From: an uncultured virus (IMG/VR IMGVR_UViG_3300042569_001723)
Lineage: Duplodnaviria; Heunggongvirae; Uroviricota; Caudoviricetes
IMG/VR virus record: IMGVR_UViG_3300042569_001723
Location: 1-64,000 of that record
Length of the DNA: 64,000 nucleotides
Strand: one strand, 5' to 3'
Part shown: piece by piece, positions 33,205-42,003 of the stretch
How the letters are laid out: every line of letters begins with the position of its first letter
Numbering within the stretch: the first letter of the stretch is position 1
Translations under genes and position numbers: made by a program
The notes under the pieces: model-generated
Told to the model about the DNA's origin: nothing
The model's database searches: none
The model's input: the letters and a program-made list of their open reading frames with translations, nothing else

Positions 33205-34141
33205 AGTTAGATATTTTATATGCCCCATGTCAAAAAACATAGTAGATAGTGTTATTGAAATGAATTCACCATTGATTGGTCTTTTACCTAGTCGAAGACA
33301 GGTTGAGTTTAATGGCGGGTATGTGAATAATTGGACAACTGAAGAATTTGTTAATTACATTAAAAATAAATCAAATATAGTTGTCGAAAGAGACCACGCT
33401 GGAATTGGACAGGGAGACGAGAATGAATATGATTCATATAAAATAGATTCTATGTTTATGGATATTATCCACATAGACCCATGGAAAAAATACTCTTTTT
33501 TTGAAGATGGTTTGTTAGAAACAATTAAAAATATTAATTACATATCAAATATAAATCCAAAAGTAAAATTTGAAATTGGAACCGAGGAATCAATTAGAAA
33601 ATTTAATTTTAAAGAAATTGTTGAATTAATACAAGAATTAAAGATGGAATTAAATTTGAATCAATTTGAAAATATACAATACATTTGTATTCAATCGGGA
33701 GTTGGATTAGATTTAATTAATAGGAAAAACACGGGAACATTTAACTTAGAAACATTAAGATTAATGATCGAAATATGTAGAAAGTTTAAAAAACAATCTA
33801 AGGAACATAATGGGGATTATCTTAGTAAAGAGGACATTCAAATTAGATTTGATAACGGATTAGATGCATTAAACATCGGTCCAGAAATTGCTCAAATAGA
33901 AACCGAAGTATATTTGAAACATATGAATGAAATTCAAATAAATGAGTTCTATCAAACATGTTTAGATTCAAAAAAATGGGTAAAATGGGTTAATGATAAT
34001 TTTGATGTTACAGATAAAGAAAAATTAATAATGGTATGTGGACATTATAATTTTAATAATTTACCGAATATTAAGATAGATAATGAAATGGTTAAAGAAA
34101 CCATAAAAAATAAACTAACAAATTTAATTAGTTACGTATAA
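33197..34141 (+). CDS. GatZ/KbaZ-like (tagatose-bisphosphate aldolase/epimerase family) TIM-barrel protein
   Basis: SRRQVE..GGY, RDHAG, IHIDP, EIGTEE, KEHNGDY, NIGPE. Confidence 0.65.
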   Translation: MCKVRYFICPMSKNIVDSVIEMNSPLIGLLPSRRQVEFNGGYVNNWTTEEFVNYIKNKSNIVVERDHAGIGQGDENEYDSYKIDSMFMDIIHIDPWKKYSFFEDGLLETIKNINYISNINPKVKFEIGTEESIRKFNFKEIVELIQELKMELNLNQFENIQYICIQSGVGLDLINRKNTGTFNLETLRLMIEICRKFKKQSKEHNGDYLSKEDIQIRFDNGLDALNIGPEIAQIETEVYLKHMNEIQINEFYQTCLDSKKWVKWVNDNFDVTDKEKLIMVCGHYNFNNLPNIKIDNEMVKETIKNKLTNLISYV

Positions 34142-34286
34142 TGAAAAAATTGTGGTTTTTTGGTGATTCATTTACAGACAATGATTTTAATAGGTTAAAG
34201 TTTAGAAAAGAGTACGACGACTATATAGTGAAATAGGGAATCATTTAATATCGGATTTATTATTTCACGAATTAAATAAACAATAA
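34141..34286 (+). pseudogene. Internally deleted SGNH-like gene remnant
   Basis: MKKLWFFGDSFTD...* (34141-34236) followed in another frame by an SGNH-type C-terminus GNHLISDLLFHELNKQ* (34236-34286). Confidence 0.65.
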
Positions 34287-34287
34287 T

Positions 34288-34641
34288 ATGATATACGCAT
34301 TTGATTTAGATGACACCCTTTGTACAAGAAGTCCTGATTTAGAATATTTGGGTCCTGACAAATATAAACACTGTTCACCAGTTGATAGGATGATTAAAAA
34401 GGTTAATAGATTATATGACGAAGGTCACACTATTTATATCTATACCGCGAGGGGAATGGGACAGTTTAATGGGGATTTGGTTAAGGTATATAATAATCTA
34501 TATGTTTTGACGTTAGATAGTTTAAAGGAATGGGGGATTAAACACCATGGTTTAATTATGGGTAAACTTCATTATGATTTACTAATTGACGATAAATCTA
34601 TAGGAAAATCGGAATTTGACCGATTTATAAATGAAGAATAG
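34288..34641 (+). CDS. HAD-superfamily phosphatase (capsule-biosynthesis BcbF/EcbF-like)
   Basis: FDLDDTLC, IYTARGM, MGK..YDLLIDDK. Confidence 0.8.
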   Translation: MIYAFDLDDTLCTRSPDLEYLGPDKYKHCSPVDRMIKKVNRLYDEGHTIYIYTARGMGQFNGDLVKVYNNLYVLTLDSLKEWGIKHHGLIMGKLHYDLLIDDKSIGKSEFDRFINEE

Positions 34642-34643
34642 TT

Positions 34644-36308
34644 ATGTACATTATTGGAATATCCGCATACTATCACGATTCATCCGTTTGTTTATTTAGA
34701 AACGGACAATTAGTATACGCTTGTGAAGAAGAAAAATTCACAGGGATAAAACATGACAGTTCATTCCCAATTAATTCATTAAATTACATATATAAACAAT
34801 ATAAATTAACCAAGGATAAAGTTGAGGCTGTATGTTATTATGAAAACCCAAAATTAAAATTAAAAAGGGTTATTGATAATACAAAAGGTCAGTTACTTAC
34901 TAATTCAATATATTGTATTAAATCATATTTTAATATTAAAAAAAATATATGGAATTTAAATAAATTGTTACCAAAATATGGTAACAAGGTATTTTACTCT
35001 AACCATCACGACTCTCACCTCTACTATTCTTTTTTTAGTTCTAATTTCGATAATGGTATTTGTTTATCAATAGACGGTGTTGGTGAATATGAAACAATGA
35101 CCATGGCGTTAGCAGATAAAAAGGGTATAAGTAAAATATCAATGGCGGAATATCCCCACTCTATCGGTTTATTTTATTCCGCAATGACATCATTCTTAGG
35201 GTTTAGACCAAATGAGGGGGAATATAAGGTAATGGGATTGGCACCTTATGGTAATCCAGATGTGTATATTGACAAAGTTAGAGAATTGATTAAGTATAAG
35301 AATAGTAAACTAACTTGTAACATGGATGTGTTTACATGGAATACATCAAATAAGTTAATGTTTAATGAGAAGTTAATTGAGTTATTAGGAATAGAACCAA
35401 GGGTTCCTGAAGGGGGTATAGAACCTCATTATAAAGACTTGGCAGCTTCGGTACAGAAAAGATATGAGGAAATACTTTTTGAGGTCTTAAAATCAATTTA
35501 TATGATAAATGACAATCGAAATTTATCATTAGGGGGTGGTTGTGCATATAACGGAACGGCTAACGGTAAAATAGTTAGAAACAGTCACTTCAATAATTTA
35601 TGGATACCACCAGCACCATCTGATGCGGGATCTGCAATTGGTGCTTGTGTTAATTATTTGGTAAATAATAATAAATTAAACGGTAGAATTAATAAGAATC
35701 CTTTTATCGGTCCATATTTTTATGAGAACCAAATACTTTCGGCCATCAAAGGTAAACGGTATTTTAAAATTAACTCCACCGAAACAATGGTGAGAAATGT
35801 TGCAAAAAAATTAAACGAGGGTAAAATCGTTGGGTGGTATCAAGGACCTTGTGAATTTGGTTCTAGAGCTTTAGGTCATAGGTCTATTTTAGCTAACCCA
35901 ACAATTGTTGGTATGAAGGATAAGATTAATAAAACCGTAAAGAAACGAGAAGAATTTAGACCATTCGCACCAATGGTTATTAAAGACAAACAACACATAT
36001 ACTTCAATTTAACTGATGATGTTCCATACATGAACCAAGTGGTTACTGTTAAAGATGAGTACTTGGATAAATTACCCGCAGTTACACATGTTGACGGAAC
36101 CGCAAGAATACAAACAGTTTATAAACATACGATGATGTATAATTTATTAGTTGAGTTTGAGAAACTTAGCGGTTATCCAATATTATTGAATACGTCATTT
36201 AATGTAAAAGATAAAACAATGGTATTAACACCAAAAGATGCGGTTGATACATTTAATAATACGGATATTGATTTGTTAATAATAGACAATTACTTAATTT
36301 ATAAATAA
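34644..36308 (+). CDS. Carbamoyltransferase (NodU/CmcH family)
   Basis: YHDSS, EEEKF..IKH, HHDSH, DGVGE, EYKVMGLAPYG, GGCAYN, RALGHRS, FRPFAP, NTSFN. Confidence 0.92.
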   Translation: MYIIGISAYYHDSSVCLFRNGQLVYACEEEKFTGIKHDSSFPINSLNYIYKQYKLTKDKVEAVCYYENPKLKLKRVIDNTKGQLLTNSIYCIKSYFNIKKNIWNLNKLLPKYGNKVFYSNHHDSHLYYSFFSSNFDNGICLSIDGVGEYETMTMALADKKGISKISMAEYPHSIGLFYSAMTSFLGFRPNEGEYKVMGLAPYGNPDVYIDKVRELIKYKNSKLTCNMDVFTWNTSNKLMFNEKLIELLGIEPRVPEGGIEPHYKDLAASVQKRYEEILFEVLKSIYMINDNRNLSLGGGCAYNGTANGKIVRNSHFNNLWIPPAPSDAGSAIGACVNYLVNNNKLNGRINKNPFIGPYFYENQILSAIKGKRYFKINSTETMVRNVAKKLNEGKIVGWYQGPCEFGSRALGHRSILANPTIVGMKDKINKTVKKREEFRPFAPMVIKDKQHIYFNLTDDVPYMNQVVTVKDEYLDKLPAVTHVDGTARIQTVYKHTMMYNLLVEFEKLSGYPILLNTSFNVKDKTMVLTPKDAVDTFNNTDIDLLIIDNYLIYK

Positions 36309-36309
36309 T

Positions 36310-36426
36310 ATGAAGAAGATATATAAATGGATTTTAGAAAAAATAGAAGATTATAAACGTAAAAAACGTTTTAAAAAAAAATTAGAAGAATTACGTAAAA
36401 AAGACCCGTTTATTTACAATCATTAA
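36310..36426 (+). CDS. Small basic protein (38 aa) ending DPFIYNH, adjacent to the carbamoyltransferase
   Basis: Manual translation MKKIYKWILEKIEDYKRKKRFKKKLEELRKKDPFIYNH. Confidence 0.6.
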   Translation: MKKIYKWILEKIEDYKRKKRFKKKLEELRKKDPFIYNH

Positions 36427-36451
36427 TATGATAAAAATTATTTAAATATAT

Positions 36452-36480
36452 TTGATATTTTCAAATATATTGAGTATATT
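36452..36480 (+). promoter_or_regulatory. Sigma70-like promoter TTGATA-N17-TATATT
   Basis: Exact 17-nt spacer; same architecture at 45934 and 60989. Confidence 0.55.
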
Positions 36481-36489
36481 AATGGTAAT

Positions 36490-36924
36490 ATGATATATTG
36501 GTTAACAGGACAGCCCGGTGCAGGTAAAACAACCCTAGCGAAATACTTGGTGGAATATTTCCCTAAAGATGAGGTTATTCACATCGATGGGGATGACCTA
36601 AGAGACATCTTTAAGAATAAAGACTATTCCATCACAGGAAGAAGATTAAACATTCAAAGAGCACAATATATTGCACAATTTATGCATAGTAAGGGTCACA
36701 ATGTTATTGTATCCTTAGTTTCACCATATAGAGACCAAAGAGAATCGTTTAAGTTCAGCACATCAGTTGTTGAGATTTATGTTCACACTACAGAGGATAG
36801 GGGTAGGAATGAATTCCACGTTGAGGAATATGAACCCCCATTAGAAAATTTTATAGATATAGACACAACAATAAAAAACGAAACGGATTCATATTATGAA
36901 CTGTTAAAAAAATTATCATTATGA
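36490..36924 (+). CDS. cysC: Adenylyl-sulfate (APS) kinase
   Basis: WLTGQPGAGKTT P-loop, IDGDDLR, SLVSPY, YEPP. Confidence 0.88.
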   Translation: MIYWLTGQPGAGKTTLAKYLVEYFPKDEVIHIDGDDLRDIFKNKDYSITGRRLNIQRAQYIAQFMHSKGHNVIVSLVSPYRDQRESFKFSTSVVEIYVHTTEDRGRNEFHVEEYEPPLENFIDIDTTIKNETDSYYELLKKLSL

Positions 36925-37301
36925 GTAAGAAATATGCAATGTACATCGGTAGGTGGCAAAATTGGCACAAAGGTCACGAATGGTTGATTCGCCAACAAAT
37001 GGACCAAGATAAGAACGTATGGGTGGCTATTAGAGATGTTGAAGTTGATGAGAACAATCCAAAGACAGCCCAAGAGGTTTTTCAAATGTTAATTCAAGAA
37101 CCATTTTTTAATGAGAATTTTGATAAGATTTTATTATCAATTATTCCGGATATTGAATCGGTTAATTACGGTAGAGGTGTTGGTTATGATGTAATTTATC
37201 ATGAGCCACCAGCGGATGTGGCGGTAATAAGCGGAACAGCCATTAGAACTGGTCACATGACACCTGATGGTGAAATTAAATATGATCAAACAAAAGGATA
37301 A
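36921..37301 (+). CDS. HxGH nucleotidyltransferase (cytidylyltransferase-like; possible minimal sulfate adenylyltransferase)
   Basis: IGRWQNWHKGH, YGRGVGY, ISGTAIR; coupled to cysC. Confidence 0.7.
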   Translation: MSKKYAMYIGRWQNWHKGHEWLIRQQMDQDKNVWVAIRDVEVDENNPKTAQEVFQMLIQEPFFNENFDKILLSIIPDIESVNYGRGVGYDVIYHEPPADVAVISGTAIRTGHMTPDGEIKYDQTKG

Positions 37302-37516
37302 TGATGGTAGAACGTAAGAGACACATAGCCAAAACCGTTTCATATCGAATCGTAAGCACCTTAATAGGGTTCTTATTAATGTGGTGGATTAGTGGGTCAA
37401 TAAAGGTAGGTACAGCATTTGGCGTGGCTGAATTAATATATAAACCAATACAATATTATATTCACGAAAGGATATGGTATAGATGGATAAAATTTGGATT
37501 AAAAGATAAAAAATAG
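37301..37516 (+). CDS. DUF2061-like small membrane protein
   Basis: RHIAKTVSYRIVST...YYIHERIW. Confidence 0.75.
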   Translation: MMVERKRHIAKTVSYRIVSTLIGFLLMWWISGSIKVGTAFGVAELIYKPIQYYIHERIWYRWIKFGLKDKK

Positions 37517-37517
37517 G

Positions 37518-37524
37518 TATTTAT
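37518..37524 (+). promoter_or_regulatory. TATTTAT putative late-promoter motif
   Basis: In a 26-nt intergenic gap directly upstream of 37543. Confidence 0.5.
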
Positions 37525-37542
37525 ATATAAAATAAGGAAAAT

Positions 37543-39042
37543 ATGAGAACAGTATTAATAGGTTCGGACTTTATGTACGATCAGGATGGTAATTTAAAAC
37601 CCATCGAAATAAACACCGCAGTTGGTTGGGATAACGCATCCAAAGTTGAAGATGATGTGGATTGTTTGGATTTAACAAATTTATACCAATTTGTTACTGA
37701 TAATAATTTCCAAAATATACATTACGTTGGGGATATTCAATATTTTCATAAAACATTAGAAACACACTACACAGGAAGTTCCGTTACATATGAATACCAC
37801 GCAATTGGTGGTTTGTCGATTACTATCCCAGTTATAGAGGATAATGATGAAACATTAATTATCAGAAGTGCATATGATACAACTGCGTTGGTAGATGATA
37901 CCTATTGTAGAGATAAGGTTGAATTTATGAAACTTATCCAATCCCAATCGTTCGGTTCACAATTTGCTTACATAGATGAAAACAACACTTTAATTAATAC
38001 TATAACAACAATAACAGATAATGGTGTACACCCTAATTTTATTCTAAAATCAAGGTATCCTGGCTATGATAAAGAGGTTTATCCTAAATTTTATAAAGTA
38101 ACAACACAAGAAGAATTAGATGTGGTTTTAGAAAATGTTACATCTGAATATTTTTTAATGGAAAACTACTGTAACACCACTAATAGTTACGAAGGTCACA
38201 TAAAGGTAGTTAGAAGTTTAAACATATTATACCCACCGACGTTACAATCAATTCATATAGGACAATATACTAAATTAAATGAAAATATATTTTTTACTGA
38301 TGTAGAATATAACTCAGAAACTTATGAGATAAATTCAGAATATAGAGATAGTTATACAACTTCTGTAAATAGTAACTGGTTACCAAAACTGTTAGATACT
38401 GATTTAGTAGAAATGGCTGACGGCACATTTAAAACCGCATTAGATTTAAATGTTGATGATGTAATTAAAACAATTGATATACCAAATCCAAATGGCACAG
38501 ATAATGCATCCTATACCGCAAATTTTGGAATAACGTATGAAACATTACTAAGTGGTACAACATATTCAACAAACAAAATTAATGCATTAAAAAGAGTTAA
38601 TAAATTATCATATTTTTATCAATTAACTTTTGACGATAATAGTACTTGGGAGGATACGGGAGTTTCTTCGTATTTGATTGAAAGAAATAATGAAGTTCAA
38701 TTTGAAAATTTATTTGATGTGGTATCTGGAGATGCGGTTTTATTGTTAAACACAACGGATGGGTTAATGGATTTTGTTAGAAAAACAGTAGTATCTGTTA
38801 CACAAATTAAAAAAGTATTTACCGGTTGGTTTATTTCAGTAGAAAGAACACACTTATTTTTAACTAAGACCACATCAACAAATAACGAATCGTTTGTTTC
38901 GATTGAACATAATGGACCTAGTTGTCCAGTGGGATGTTGTTGGGGGGGCGCTTGTCCGACTTGTCCAAAAAACGAACCATATTGTTCCGGTCCATACGGT
39001 AACCCGACTTGTAATGCTTATCAAGGAATATGTTGGAGTTAA
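37543..39042 (+). CDS. Fusion of a circularly permuted ATP-grasp-like domain, a Hint (intein-like) domain and a C-terminal Cys-rich 42-aa peptide
   Basis: SDF..D..G.LKPIEINT, RDK, FILKSR, YFLMENY; Hint block A-like KLLDTDLVEMADGTFKTALDLNVDDVI (res 282); HLFLT...EHN (456-457) followed by GPSCPVGCCW... Confidence 0.7.
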   Translation: MRTVLIGSDFMYDQDGNLKPIEINTAVGWDNASKVEDDVDCLDLTNLYQFVTDNNFQNIHYVGDIQYFHKTLETHYTGSSVTYEYHAIGGLSITIPVIEDNDETLIIRSAYDTTALVDDTYCRDKVEFMKLIQSQSFGSQFAYIDENNTLINTITTITDNGVHPNFILKSRYPGYDKEVYPKFYKVTTQEELDVVLENVTSEYFLMENYCNTTNSYEGHIKVVRSLNILYPPTLQSIHIGQYTKLNENIFFTDVEYNSETYEINSEYRDSYTTSVNSNWLPKLLDTDLVEMADGTFKTALDLNVDDVIKTIDIPNPNGTDNASYTANFGITYETLLSGTTYSTNKINALKRVNKLSYFYQLTFDDNSTWEDTGVSSYLIERNNEVQFENLFDVVSGDAVLLLNTTDGLMDFVRKTVVSVTQIKKVFTGWFISVERTHLFLTKTTSTNNESFVSIEHNGPSCPVGCCWGGACPTCPKNEPYCSGPYGNPTCNAYQGICWS

Positions 39043-39067
39043 TAAAAATAATAAAAATTAAAATAAT

Positions 39068-39157
39068 ATGACAACTATAATAACAAACACAGAAATCAAC
39101 GTACTGAACACAACTTTAACTACCATTGGCAATTTAATTGTAACTGCAAATAGTTAA
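39068..39157 (+). CDS. 29-aa Thr/Asn/Ile-rich micro-ORF
   Basis: Manual translation MTTIITNTEINVLNTTLTTIGNLIVTANS; A-rich upstream context like neighbouring genes. Confidence 0.5.
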   Translation: MTTIITNTEINVLNTTLTTIGNLIVTANS

Positions 39158-39175
39158 TTCTAAAAATAATAGGTT

Positions 39176-39706
39176 ATGATTTACTTCATTCCAAATATTC
39201 TTTCAAAGGAGGAATGTGTATTTTTATCTAAACAATTTGATATTGAAAAGGTAAATAACTCTTCTAGTGATAAAATGGTAGAAACGAATGCTTCTTTTGG
39301 ATTTAGACCTTCATATAATTTTGATAAATATATGGAAAAATTAAAACCAAAAGTGTTAGAATTCAATAATGGAATTGAACATTTAGATAATGTGAACACA
39401 TATGTTAGGGAGTATTTCAATGGTGCATTTTTAACAAAACATATAGATAGAACAGATATAAGTGTAACAATTTCAATATGTTTAGAGTCAACAATAAACA
39501 AAGAATGGCCATTATTTGCTAAAATAGGTGGTGAAGAATACTCACATCACACAAATATAGGCGACGGAATATTATTATTTGATGCTGATAAAAACGTTCA
39601 TTGGAGAAATCCTTTAGAATGCGACGAAACCCAAAGAGTATTACAATTTTTTCTACATTGGATGCCGGTTAACTATATAACAAAAAAAACAAAATCATTA
39701 ATATAA
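39176..39706 (+). CDS. 2OG-Fe(II) oxygenase
   Basis: LTKHIDR (HxD), GDGILL, HWR, QFFLHW. Confidence 0.8.
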   Translation: MIYFIPNILSKEECVFLSKQFDIEKVNNSSSDKMVETNASFGFRPSYNFDKYMEKLKPKVLEFNNGIEHLDNVNTYVREYFNGAFLTKHIDRTDISVTISICLESTINKEWPLFAKIGGEEYSHHTNIGDGILLFDADKNVHWRNPLECDETQRVLQFFLHWMPVNYITKKTKSLI

Positions 39707-39712
39707 AAAGTT

Positions 39713-40285
39713 ATGTCGTTTACATATAAATCCGTATCAAATTTATTAACAAAAGAAGAATGTGATTTAGTTCTGAATTTCACATTAGAAAATTTAATAT
39801 TAAATCCTGCAAAAACCATTGGTTATGATTCCCCAACTTATGGTACCAGAAAATCAAATGTGGTATTTTATCCATATTATCAAAAATTTCCATTTATATT
39901 AGAAAAAATATCTAAATTATTAGATGAAAATATCACCATAAAAGGATTCGATTTAGATTACAAAAATAGTCAATTCCAATTCACAGAATATAAAGATGGT
40001 GATTTTTTTGTTTGGCATAAAGATATTACAGGAAAAGAAGTTACACAACACGAAAGATATTGTTCTTTAGTTATACAACTAAATGATGAATATGAAGAAG
40101 GTGATTTAGAATTAAAATTATCCGATGGTTCAATAATGAAAGTAGAAAAGGGAATAGGTAACACTATCGTTTTTTTATCTGATATCGATCATAGAGTAAC
40201 GGTAGTTAAAAATGGTAATAGATATACATTAGTTAATTGGGTTGCAATAAAAGAAAAAAGTAGTTATAAAAAAACACTCTTATAA
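39713..40285 (+). CDS. 2OG-Fe(II) oxygenase (prolyl-hydroxylase/PKHD-like)
   Basis: QFTEY..GDFFVWHKD, QLNDEYEEGDL, HRVTVV..GNRYTLVNW. Confidence 0.85.
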   Translation: MSFTYKSVSNLLTKEECDLVLNFTLENLILNPAKTIGYDSPTYGTRKSNVVFYPYYQKFPFILEKISKLLDENITIKGFDLDYKNSQFQFTEYKDGDFFVWHKDITGKEVTQHERYCSLVIQLNDEYEEGDLELKLSDGSIMKVEKGIGNTIVFLSDIDHRVTVVKNGNRYTLVNWVAIKEKSSYKKTLL

Positions 40286-40286
40286 T

Positions 40287-40589
40287 ATGATAGATCTCAA
40301 AGAAATTTCAATCGCGTGGTACAATACACTTATACACTCTAATGAATTAAAAAAATTGGCAGATGATAGGTTTGATATTTGTTTAGAATGCCCATCTAAA
40401 CAAGAATTTTTTAAAAATAAAAATAAAGAATGGTCATTAAAATGTGGAGAATGTGGTTGCCCATTAAAAGGTAAAGTATACACACCCAAAACATATTTAG
40501 ATAAAAAGGGATCGTGTCCGTTAGGAAAGTGGAAACAAGTTGAAGATGAATATTTAAAAGGGTTTAAATCAACTAAAACAATTATATAA
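40287..40589 (+). CDS. Small Cys-rich protein (CxxC, CxxCxC, CPxxKW), probably metal-binding
   Basis: RFDICLECP, CGECGCPL..K, CPLGKW. Confidence 0.65.
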   Translation: MIDLKEISIAWYNTLIHSNELKKLADDRFDICLECPSKQEFFKNKNKEWSLKCGECGCPLKGKVYTPKTYLDKKGSCPLGKWKQVEDEYLKGFKSTKTII

Positions 40590-40591
40590 AA

Positions 40592-41272
40592 ATGTCTCAT
40601 TTAATTAATAATGAACTCATTTGGGTTTCTATCCCAAAGTGTGCCAGTTATTCCATTGAACAATCATTAAGAAACTCAAAATTAAATTTAGAAATATTTG
40701 TACCAAATGACAAAACACGGCATTTTCACGTACCGGTGAATCAATGTTTAGAACGATGGGGGGATAAAGAAACTGTTTGTATAACACGTGATTGGTTATC
40801 TAGATGGTTAAGTGCCCTAAATTTTGTTTGGGATAATATAGAATTTGAAAGCGAATACACTGCTGTTCGTAAATGGGAGGATGTTGATAATGAATATATC
40901 TATAAAACATTTAATACCGATTTTTTAAATAAATTACATTTGTTGAGTAACGATCACGATGGATTTAGGAAGTGCTGGTTTAAACTAGTAAAAGAAAATT
41001 TTGAATGTGAATTACCGATTAGAGGTGCGGTTGACACTTTACTTTCCCAAAGATTTTTCAAATCTAATAAAAAATGTACCTACGAATTTGACATTAGTGA
41101 AATTGATAAATTTACAGATTTTATAGAAGATAGATTTGGAGAAACATTAATTATAAATCACACAAATAAAACATCCAAACGACCAAATAAGATAATTGTA
41201 AATGACGAATTAAAATCATTCATTTGGGAAAATTTTGAAAAGAGATTTGAAAAGGGAAATCATTTAATATAA
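40592..41272 (+). CDS. Sulfotransferase family 2-like protein
   Basis: WVSIPKCASYS 5'-PSB loop; RDWLSRWLS 3'-PB motif. Confidence 0.7.
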   Translation: MSHLINNELIWVSIPKCASYSIEQSLRNSKLNLEIFVPNDKTRHFHVPVNQCLERWGDKETVCITRDWLSRWLSALNFVWDNIEFESEYTAVRKWEDVDNEYIYKTFNTDFLNKLHLLSNDHDGFRKCWFKLVKENFECELPIRGAVDTLLSQRFFKSNKKCTYEFDISEIDKFTDFIEDRFGETLIINHTNKTSKRPNKIIVNDELKSFIWENFEKRFEKGNHLI

Positions 41273-42003
41273 TGTTAATAGATAAAAAATTTATTTTTAT
41301 AAGTTTACCAAGATGTGCTTCAACATCATTTATGATTACGTGTCTAAAAAACAAGATACCAGTAGAACATTTCAATTCAAACCTTGATAATCAGTTGATT
41401 AAAATAAATGAATGGGAAAAAATGAATAATGAAGAATTGGCGGATAGTTTAGTACACGCACATGAACCATTATATATATTACAAGAAAAATTTGGTATAA
41501 ACAATCAAATTATTTCAATAAGAAGAAACAATTATGATAGATTTTTATCTTTATGGAAACACATTATAGATGAATTATACAGAAAAAATAAATTTGATAT
41601 TGCTGATAAATTTTCAAAGTTAACAACTAATGATATGTTTGATAATATCACATCAAATGACATTTATAATTTGGAAAATAGGTCTAAAGTTATTGATAAT
41701 TTTTTAACTAAGTTAAAAATTTCAAAAAAAGAGTCCTATACTAAAAATATGTTAGATATATTATTTACACCAGTAGTTGAACTCACAAATAGTAATCCAA
41801 ATATTATTTGGTTTGATATTGATAATTTGGTGGAATTAGAAAATTGGGTATCAAAAAAATTAAATAAGGATTTTAAAATGGAAAAAATAAACTCAAGTAA
41901 ACAATTTGAGTGTGTAATAGAAATCAATGATAATTTTAAACAAAAATATGATAATCTTTATAAAGAGTTTGAACAAAGAAAAATAAATAAAACATTATTA
42001 TGA
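41272..42003 (+). CDS. Sulfotransferase family 2-like protein
   Basis: FISLPRCASTS; RNNYDRFLS; KINSS. Confidence 0.7.
   Translation: MLIDKKFIFISLPRCASTSFMITCLKNKIPVEHFNSNLDNQLIKINEWEKMNNEELADSLVHAHEPLYILQEKFGINNQIISIRRNNYDRFLSLWKHIIDELYRKNKFDIADKFSKLTTNDMFDNITSNDIYNLENRSKVIDNFLTKLKISKKESYTKNMLDILFTPVVELTNSNPNIIWFDIDNLVELENWVSKKLNKDFKMEKINSSKQFECVIEINDNFKQKYDNLYKEFEQRKINKTLL

Noticed and set aside
38386..38913. Canonical mobile intein
   Set aside because: No Cys/Ser at position 1, Gly at +1 and no homing endonuclease; treated as a cleavage-only Hint domain
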